Assembly (NCBI GenBank): GCA_965644295.1
Contig: CBFFRP010000080.1
Span: forward strand, 1 to 64,000
Reading direction: 5' to 3'
Length of the DNA: 64,000 bases
DNA from: Paraphysomonas bandaiensis
Lineage: Eukaryota > Protista > Chrysophyceae
Of this stretch, positions 54,329-64,000 are shown piece by piece. The translations under genes and the position numbers were made by a program. Positions within the stretch are counted from its first letter, which is position 1; each line of letters begins with the position of its first letter. Under the pieces are notes generated by a model, which saw only the letters and a program-made list of their open reading frames with translations, was not told the origin of the DNA and searched no databases.

Positions 54329-56332
54329 ATGAAGACTCTCTCTGTTGTATGGCTAACGATTCTCCTGTTGTGTGGGGTGTCTGTGTGTGGCACGAGTCAT
54401 CTGGATGAGAGGATAGACCTCGCCCTTGACCACGCCTCCACCAGTATGGACGCTATATACCGATTGTGGAGTGTTGATGAGTATCCCAACTTCTTGAAGT
54501 CGTGTGCTATGCAGAGAACAGGGTACGAAATGTTGAAGTACAAGTTTGCGACCAAAATATTAGCGGCGTTGCTTGGAAAAAAACAAGTGTTCACTGTGAG
54601 CTATATGGGCACAGGAGTGACGGCCGGACATGGTGTGTCTGTCGACGATAGGTTTACAACGATCGTCCACAATCTACTGGAGCCAGTATTTGTTCATATG
54701 GGTGTAGTACTTGAGTCGCGAAATGTTGCGATGACGAGTATTCCGTGCATGCCATATGGGCTTTGTGTGGGAACTATTGCGGGATTGGATGCTGATATTA
54801 TACACTGGGAACACACATACGATTGCGCCTTTGAAGAGTGCCAGCACACGATTGAACAATTTGTCCGACAGGCTCTGTTATCTCCTTCAAATCCAGTATT
54901 AGTGCTATCGCGATCGCCAACACCAAATTGGTAAAGCCGCCCTTTTTGTGTTTTCTTTCATAACTCAAACTAGGGCTGCAGACGAATGTCCAGCTGATGC
55001 TAGTCAGAGCCCTGCACTGGAAGATAATGATCGAGAGTATATATATCTCTCCAAGACACCAGGTGGAATTATGGAGATTATCACCGAAAAAAATAAGGAT
55101 GTGATTGCGAAGGTAACATGGTCATCTCTTTTGATATAGTTAAGGAATAGATGTGGCCAGTTTGGATATATGCATAACATTATCAAGTACTACAAGTCGG
55201 TTGCTGGATTTCAGTTCTGGGATCACATAAATTATAAAGGGTACAAGTGTCGTGGCCCGTATATTGCTCACTGGGGGAAGCATGTTGCTCCCTGGAACCC
55301 CAGTGTGTTGGGGCACCACCTCAGAGGAGGTAAATAAGTTCTTAGTTCGTTAGCACTGTTGGATAATATGACTGTATACGCAGCACACCACGCGTACTTC
55401 TGGCTTTCTATTTGGAGAGACTCTTTGGCTGAGATTCGCCAGCGTTTAAAAAGCTCTGAAAATCTATCTACACAACGATTGCATGATGGTGAAGTGTATA
55501 GCCTATATATTGCTGTTGATATGATGCTGCGCAGAGTACGTCTTAAGGTCCGAGGTCTACAGGAGTGTGCATTCTGTGCCAGCTGAGTCACTGGTACAGA
55601 GTAATATTTCTGATAGGATTCGTTGCTTCACTGATTTCGAACCTCGAGCGGAATACGATCGATCGCTTTCTGGTCTTGTCGTAGCTGATCCCCACTCGTC
55701 AGGTAAAGATTTCTTCTTTTTCTTACAATAAGTTCATTGATTATAGGGTGGAGACCAATTATTTTAGAAGAGCCTGACCTGCTTTTGTCACGAATTCCGA
55801 CTGGACAATTTGAGTATAAGCGAGCCTTGATTGGTAATAAAAGTTCTGGGCCGTTAACGTTGCTTGTACAATTAGATCGACGTGGACATGTACGAAACGT
55901 ATGCTATTGTAAACGCTACTCTAACTATCAATCTCGAATTCAAAGGTATTACTGTGTGAAGCGCCGGCCGTGTGGGGAAAAGTGCTGGACGATCTTGTTC
56001 ATTTGTGGGAATCTACAAGCGTCTATATTACAAGAAAAGGGGATATTCAACCTTCAGACTTTGAATTTAACAAGGGTATTGCTAAATTGTGACTTTCCTT
56101 TTCGATGTTACAATATCTGTAGATGATGCTGTGGCCTTACCATATAAGATCTATCACGGAGATTCCTGCGTTAAAAAAGAGTTATGCGTTCAGGTATAGT
56201 TGTAAATCCGCTGACAGTGGTTAGTAATTTGTATTTTAGGCACTACCTGAAATCAATAAAGGTGAGTACTACATAACGATTGTTCCAAAACAAGTGAAAT
56301 ATGTGGTACTAGCAACTGTGTTAATTCCGTAG
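54329..56332 (+). CDS. Secreted SGNH-hydrolase-like protein (multi-exon), apparent catalytic substitutions
   Basis: Signal peptide; MGTGVTAGHG (block I-like), RNVAM, GLDADIIHWE, WNPSVLGHHLR; consistent GT-AG introns. Confidence 0.7.
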
Positions 56333-58980
56333 CAATATTACAATTGAATAGAAATTCAGCAACAACATAGATTTCGTTCTTAAATATATAAATTCTCAGT
56401 ACAGTGACACACGCAACGACGTCGAAATACAAGTAAAATTTGAAAATTTCTTTGCTCTCCATAATATGACACTCACAGTAAACAGAGATAAACTGTAAAA
56501 TAATAATTTGAATATCATCGGTTTGTGATGCCTTCTTATTAATCTATATCCTACAGAGCATCTAAACCGTTTGCTGCCCCTAATTTGTAATATTTTCGTG
56601 TCAAATGGATTAAACTCCTTACTTTATTTTTAAGGGTACTTTTTAAATTCTACTATATACAATATTTAAGGGTAGTTTTGTTTTAGTCCCAATATATATA
56701 AACAACTACAAAATATTCTTTCACTATTATGATACAAAACTCAACACTCCCTCTCATTGAAACCTGTAGATAGAATCTTCACATAATATATTATAATATG
56801 AGCACGATATATATATATTATTATAACTGACGAATATACAATATACGCAACCACCATAACCAAAGGGGACAAACTTTCGGCTAAAACCTCATCATAATAA
56901 TAGTTATAACTCTAATGATGTTATGCACCTATAATAACCTCCACCTACTACGGTTAATGATCCTCGCTTAGGCATCTCGTTTATATATATGTATACTACT
57001 CATAAATCACATACATCACGTAAATGATTTTGTAAGGATATCAGCAGTTTAGTCATATATATCTGTTCCAGAATGATAATACGATATAATACAGTGTCGC
57101 AGTGTAAAAATGATAATCCATTCCAATCAACTTGTTCACATTCCAATGGTATAAGACTAACCCTAAGTCCTGAGCACATTGGCTAATGAAAAAATGGGAT
57201 GGGTTTGCGCAGTTGAAGTCCTAGATCACACCGACGTCACACCAGTTCCTGTATTCCAGCATAAATTGCCTAATACTATAAGACTGCATCTATAATATAT
57301 ATGTCGACACTGTGGCTTGTTGTACTATATATATACGGACAGCCGAAAGTGAGTGTGGACCTCCAGCAAAGTGGCTGTGATGCCCAAACCTGCTGGTAAG
57401 TGATATTACCAGGCTTTGTTGGTGGATATATATATTATAGTAGATACTAAAAAAGTAACATTGTTATGTTAAAAAATTTCAGGGCTGAGTTTTTATCGCC
57501 ATTATTATTAACTTAAACTTCTATATTGTGTTAAATTTCTACAGAAGTAGTGAGAATAGCAGTACAAACTGTACTATATCATCTACCTCTCCGCATTAGA
57601 AGATTCTCGTAATTTTGAAGCCTGAGGGTTTGCTCATTAGAGCGTATATTGCACTAGCTGTTTGATCCTGCATAATTTATTGTTGCATGTACTCATATTG
57701 GCTACATCATCGGACACATTGTGTCTGTCACACACGGAATCTGCTGCAGAGGGGTGTCGACGTCGCGACGAGAGGAGAAGAAATAACGACTGGATGTTCA
57801 TGTAAAATTTCAGCTGGTTTGAAGAGGTGCAGGTGCAGGCGGATTCGGTGGAGGTGGCGCAGCATATTTGATTCTCTTATCTCCTCCTGCATAGCCACAC
57901 ACACATCACCCGTGATTTCTCTAGTTGCATTTGAAGTGCACCCTGTATGGGCTCGCTCACTGGAAGCTGAAGAAGTGACAACATTCCCAACAACGTCCTC
58001 ATCCGCATCTTGGTTATTCTCAATCTGCACATTATACACAAATTAAATATCATAATTATTCTATATGTATCACATCTTTTTACCTACTTCACAGCACGAG
58101 TTTTAATTATGAACTTCGTTGATCGAGAGGCTTCTTTATGCTTTTATGTTTCACCCATTTCGTATACAGTATATATATATATCCAGTCGTGGGTCGGCGT
58201 GATGATACTATTATACGTCTCCTGCTAAGATTTGCTTTTATTGTTTGGTAAGCAATTATAAATGTGTTGTATTTCTAAGGTTTTGAATAATATTATAGAG
58301 CTGTTTCTTGAATATTATATTATTGTAAAATAATATATATATTTTATAGATTTCGTAGACCGGCCTACAATTCCGTCAATATTGTTTTTGTTAAAAAGTA
58401 GCTCACATAATATTTTAATAGCAATAATATTATATAATATAAATACCTAGAGCTTCTTAACTTGCTGTAGGGTGCAAAATATAAGTCCATGCTCTGACAG
58501 TAATTTCAACTATAAATATAGTGAGGATGATGAAGCTCAAAATATTAAGAAACGAATAGTTGAAATATATTATATAATATATCTAAGTACAGGTGGTGCA
58601 CCTAGCAGTCATGTTGTATGTACTTCCAATACATAGAACGCAGATAAACTTATTTCATTAGTGTTTCGCAGACGTATGCATCCTGCTACACATTTTCTTA
58701 ATATACTACTATTATGATGTTGTTTCTGAAAACAAATCGACAGTTGTGGACGGATGCATGCATATTTCTATTAATTTGAATAAATATTATGGTGATGCTG
58801 ATTTTTGAGTGAGGTTATTTAAAGTTTCAACCATCATACTGTCAAATAACATATAATGATAATATTGCAATCCCAGTCTGCATCAGTGAATATATATATA
58901 CGCACATCAAAGGTGGATCCACTGCATCGTGTTCCTTTTCTAAGCGCTACTGTAACACGGGTGAGTCATGAGTTTACATG

Positions 58981-59950
58981 CAGCAAGTTGGACTCGCACA
59001 TTTTTGTGGTGTTCTGGGGGATACGTTTTTTCAGTAAACTAACGTAAGCCGCCTACATTGAATAGTAGGCGTTAAAAACCTGCACCAACTTAGTAGCTAG
59101 ATATGAATGCTAGACAAACTAGTTAGACCTCTACCTGTAACTAAAATCAGTACACACTTTTTTTATCCCACTATTTAACGCTACGGAAGTTGCTTGTGCG
59201 TCGCCGCAAGCACCAAGGTGCGACCACTTCCGCTCTGAGTTCTTAAGGTGAACATCCCGGATGCTTGACTTCAGCAGGCAGCCCAATACCCCGGTTACCC
59301 TTCAGGTGGGCCCTGTCCCGAATGCCTTTGAGGTGGACCCATTCCCGGATGCCTCTTTATTCGTCAGGGCCCAAAGACGTCTACACAAGTGACACTTATT
59401 GGTGTCCCTTGTACCACACAAGCATTCGGCTATGAGTGGGCAGAAGAATATCTGCTGACTATGTTTGCGGCTCACGTTAGTTTCCCAGAGAAATAACTCC
59501 GGTACTTATCCCCCAGAATACCACGAAAAGGCGCGAGTCCGACTTTGTTGAGGGAGTAAGCCGCATATATAATCAGCATATATTTTGTTCTACCCACTCA
59601 TAAAGCCAAGTGGCTGTGTGGTAAGGAAGGGGCACTGATGCATTAATATAAGTGTCACTTGTAATCATGACTAATAAACATATACCCTCAAGGGCATCCG
59701 GGGTATTGGGCTGCCTGCTGAAGCATCCGGGCTGTTTACCTTTAGGACTCGAGAATCCTGAAGTTAGCAGATGTCAGGTACATCAACATTCTGCTTGCTC
59801 ACTGCGTTTTTGCTTTGAGTGATTGAGCGAAAGTGGTTGCACCTTGGTGCTTGCGGTGACACACAAGCAGCTTTCGTAGCGTTACATATTGTAGGATATT
59901 ATCAGAGCTAAGCACTGACCCTAAAAAGCCTATAGGTAATAATAAGATAT
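58981..59950 (+). mobile_element. Older SINE-like copy split by a nested copy
   Basis: Head caagttggactcgc..ttctgggggata..aaactaacgtaagccgc stops at 59052 and resumes at 59565 (atatataatcagc..cccactcat) through to the tail. Confidence 0.85.
59053..59555 (-). mobile_element. Young full-length SINE-like element (503 bp) with 9-bp TSD
   Basis: TSD gtaagccgc at 59044-59052 and 59556-59564; 59061-59230 is the reverse complement of the LINE tail 18721-18890. Confidence 0.9.
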
Positions 59951-60255
59951 CTACTATATTGAGAAAGAAATTAACCAATTATCAACCTAAAATACTGACT
60001 ACTACTAAACCACAGAACACAGAACTAAGCTATACCAGGTAACTGGATTCAAGGTGTGCTATATCCTTGTAATAGCTGCGAGAAAGTGGTGGTCATTAAC
60101 GATGTGTCCGTAAAGTACTAAATTGGTCATAGTAAGTATCCCTATTTACATTATGCATGTTGCATTCGCTAAATAGTATTGAGGTGAAAACTATATACGA
60201 AAAACACAAAGCATTTCGAGGGATGCCATCCTTTTCGGTTGTAAATATAATGCTC

Positions 60256-61534
60256 CTACAAACTGCTTCTCATCAAAGCAGGGGGAATTTTACAGTCAAA
60301 TATACTATTCAATTCATCCCTGCTGAAAGTGCACTCGAATACCTCCCAGTCATAGCCTCCCCAGCTCATGCATATATGATCTATTGGGAAAGAGTTACCT
60401 TCTTGAGATTGATGACTCCACTTTATGATAGGCGAGCCCTCCTTGCTCATCAGGCTCTGACCCTCCATCCAGGGATGTGTACTCTTCAAGATCTGCCAGC
60501 AGCATTTGTCCGTTACTTTCTTGCCCTGCAGGCTGTCTCGGTTCGAATTAGGAGATACGAATGGCGCGCCTGAAGGTTCTGTAACTATCCTCCCCCAGCT
60601 ACCGCAGAGGTCTAAGTACCTCTCTGCAGCTTCTCGGTTTCCCTCTTCTAGAGCTTGATCAACCGCTACCGGACCCCCACCTGTGCCAGGAAAGCTCTTC
60701 TCCCCCACTGGTGGATAGGTACGATCAACTGCAAATGCAAAATGACTACCGACAATTACCAACACGCCATCCCTGAATCGGCTCTGATTAGTGGAAGACA
60801 ACATATGGGTACGTTGGCACCGACGAGCAGCGAAATACTTTCTTCCACCCCCATCTCCGGCTAGTCGTGCCCAACGCTCGAAGTATACTGGCACACCATG
60901 CGTATCCAACGCTACGGAGTGCTCCTTAAAAGAGGTCCTGTCATCAGCTTTCAGCTCAACTCGCCACATATTAGGCCTGGCACGTGGATGAGAAGGGTGA
61001 TAATTCCAATCAATTACGTGATGCCGAGTGAAGACATGTTTATGCCCATGTGATGCTGACTGCTCTGGGAGAGTGTAGCCCGCAAAGCAGTGCTGTCGCG
61101 CAAGGTATCGTAGCTCTTCTACAGAGCACTCTGACAGCGAACCACGCGAATTCAAAGAGAGAGGCCTATCTGTAGGAAAGCGAAGGTCAATGAACAGACT
61201 TGGTGTTTGAAGGTTAAATGCAGAAGTATCCATCTCTGTAGACTCTGACCATCCTCCAGCAAACAACGGACGTTTCCAAACACCTGGATGCATAGGGTTA
61301 CCAGACGAAAGCATTGAAACGGAATGAACAATCACCAGTTATCTGGGAGCTTCTTCTATTTCCTCTTCTCCACATAGAGAAATATTTCCAACTGCTTTTA
61401 TTTGACAAATGGAAGTGAGGTAAGTCAGAGGGGCCGTAGTCCTTGCCCGGGACCATCCGATCATTCAGAAGGCCACCACCTGTAAGGATGTACCCCTGTT
61501 TATTGCTCCAGTTCAAAAGTCCCTCTAAATTCAT
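60256..61534 (-). CDS. Conserved uncharacterised protein, possibly HRI1-like (probable intron ~61284-61335)
   Basis: Long ORF; GVWKRPL, FNLQTPSLFIDLRFP, LARQHCFAGYT, RHHVIDWN, YFERWARL recall an uncharacterised HRI1-like family (from memory). Confidence 0.65.
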
Positions 61535-61579
61535 ACTCACCAATCTACACTTAGGTGTGTTTTAAATATATGTGCTTTG

Positions 61580-61958
61580 TACATACATACATACATACAC
61601 ACATACATACATACATACATACATACATACATACATACGTACATACATACATACATACATACATACATACATACATACATACATACATACATACATACAT
61701 ACATACATACATACATACATACAAACATACATACATACATACATACATACATACATACATACATACATACATACATACATACATACATACATACATACAT
61801 ACATACATACATACATACATACATACATACATACATACATACATACATACATACATACATACATACATACATACATACATACATACATACATACATACAT
61901 ACATACATACATACATACATACATACATACATACATGCCTACATACATATGTACATAC
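61580..61958. repeat. (TACA)n microsatellite, about 380 bp (same motif as TATG on the other strand)
   Basis: Tetranucleotide array with few interruptions. Confidence 0.99.
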
Positions 61959-62514
61959 AAATTCCGAATATATAGAAAGTGAAAAAAATGCCCATAGCGC
62001 ATACCTTAAAAAACTGAAAATTTTCGTAGGCATGCTGGCTTCCAAACTATTGTGATATATTGTACACTATACTTTAAGGCACTGCTCTGAGTGGCGATGT
62101 TGCGATTTTGCGGTGCAAAAAGATTCATTTTTGGAGGTCCACGTTGGAACAAACGCCCGGATTTTAGAAATTAGTTTTTCGGATGTTGCATTTTTGGAAG
62201 TCCTCCAATGTGCCAAAAAATGGTGACGAATAGTGCTGAAGATTGAGAAATACTGTGGAATACTGAATAATACAAAACCATTCACTTTCATTCGTTTTTT
62301 CGGTGTCTTGAGGAGGAGTGTGTGTTGGTGTGTTGGTGTGTTGATGTGTTGAATCAGAGAATCACAAGAGCGCCTGTGAGTATACAAACATCACTTGGTG
62401 CTACTGTATCACTCTTCGACTTCACCGGCCATTAAACTTATACTTCACATGCTGTACTTCACGGCTTAACTTCATCAACAAGTGATAATATATATAACAT
62501 AGCCGATAACGATT

Positions 62515-64000
62515 ATGGTCAGATTCGAAGAAAATTATGCCGCCCACATCGACCTAGGGGTAGACGCCTACATGAACTACGACCTGCTGAAGAAAAAGAT
62601 CCATGAATACGAGAGTGCTCCTCAGAGTCGAGATGGAAAGGTCACTCTGAAGGGTGGAACATTCTCCGCTCTATTCGAGGAGGAACTCATTCGGATAGAT
62701 GAGATATTTTGTGACAAAATGCGCGATTTGGACTACATGCTTGTCGATACTCAGCGACTCGCCAAGTCAATAAGGAATTCCAATATGTCGAAAGGAAAGA
62801 AAAAGGCCCAGGAGGCGGCTCTTAAAAGAAGTGCCACGCTGCTCTATCAAAAGCTCGCGAAGCTTGAAACTTACCGACTTCTGAACAGAACGGCAATCAT
62901 AAAGATTTTAAAAAAGTACGACAAAGTATGTGTTCCTCTAAACCATGAGCCTCTTTTCAAGGTTCATATGGATATGATAGACAACTATAGTTTTGGTCAC
63001 GGTAGAACCTTACGTGATATGATATCTAATGTCGAGTCACTCTACGCAGAGTCATTCTGTGGAGGTGTTCTGGAAGAGGCACAGGGGAAGCTACGACTTG
63101 CTAAGGGGTCAGGCCGTCCCCAGTCTCGTACTATAGTTGCGTTCAAGATAGGTGCACTTATAACCCTGATCGTTTGGTTTGCAAATAACCTCGTGCTTGC
63201 ACCACGATATTCGATACCATATCTAACAATGGAGGACCCAGCAGTGTATGTGTATGCCGTAGTAGCTTCTCTAATCACTTTCAGATGGATTTGGGGCTTC
63301 AATGTGTACATGTGGGAGTCCGTACATATTGACTATATTCTTCTTCTCGACCTAGATGCCAACAAGCATGCTCTTACTTACGACCAGATTCTGTCAGAGG
63401 CGGCCACTTACTCCATTGCCTTTTTCGTCAACGTGATGGTATTCCACTCTCTGCGTCTTTATAAGGACAAAACGGACGAGAACTCGATGTCCGGAATTAT
63501 GGCGTTATTCGTACAGTACTCTTACATGATGCCCATTTTGTTGGTTTTAGTTACACTGCTCACTATCCTGAGATCAGCCATGCAACCAACATCATATGGG
63601 GTATTCTCCTCCAAGGTTTTCTTACAGGTAACCTATCTGCTGCTGATTTTATTTCATAATTGGTTTTCTTAGCTATTCATGGTGCCTTTTACGGACGTTC
63701 AATTTCGTCATACCTTTGCGGCAGATATTTTGACCTCCTTCACAAAGGTTATGGCTGCAGTCGTTTACTCCTGCTGCTACTTCATTTCCGGGGCATTCCT
63801 GCAAGGTGGATCAAGAGAATCTGATTTTGGTTCTGAGAGGTTCGCAGTGTGCCAGGAAAGTCCATACATGCACTTAGTAGTGGTGCTGCTATATCTTCTC
63901 CCCTTGTATATGCGTTTCATGCAAAATATGCGCCAACAGTACGATTCCGTGAAGCGCCGCAAGTTGGGTGCGCCTGTCGCACCAGCACCACGCCAGGTTG
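62515..64000 (+). CDS. SPX-EXS phosphate exporter (XPR1/PHO1/SYG1 family), runs off the window
   Basis: SPX: MVRF, YMNYDLLKKKI, LNRTAIIKILKKYDK; EXS: NVYMWESVHIDY, VQFRHTFAADILTS, LPLYMRFMQNMRQ; intron ~63628-63672. Confidence 0.94.

Noticed and set aside
56900-58050. Cys/His-rich and Pro-rich short ORFs
   Set aside because: Fragmented and within an AT-rich desert; probably decayed TE coding sequence with no assignable family
59340-59372. CTGACGA on the SINE sense strand as a hammerhead ribozyme core
   Set aside because: No stem II-GAAA follows, and other copies read ctgactaa or ctggctaa

Overview
Left end of a linear chromosome from a compact, intron-containing eukaryote. A stramenopile-like flagellate protist is inferred from the gene families, the 40-120 nt GT-AG introns and an IFT25-like gene. 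The window opens with a 24-nt nanopore-adapter remnant, about 1.95 kb of (CCCTAA)n telomere and a 1.5-kb subtelomere containing a duplicated telomere-repeat-bearing module and an AT-rich minisatellite. About 15 spliced genes follow, nearly all as divergent pairs in islands: ankyrin-JmjC/amino-acid permease, pirin/SelJ-like ADP-ribosylglycohydrolase, a DED1-like helicase, proteasome alpha3/TFIIA-gamma-like, IFT25-like/DEP-START-FYVE-AGC kinase, POLE3/sulfotransferase (internally amplified and disrupted), DHRS7-like SDR/SGNH-like, and HRI1-like/SPX-EXS. AT-rich deserts between the islands contain a LINE and its partner non-tRNA SINE-like family (about 12 copies), hAT MITEs with 8-bp TSDs and other decayed transposons. 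The most notable observations are (i) a telomere-capped module ending in (CCCTAA)n-TCGAATAG that looks like a reverse-transcribed RNA, and (ii) repeats that appear to decay mainly by 2-3-nt tandem micro-duplications and AT-rich insertions. All calls are by eye, without database searches.
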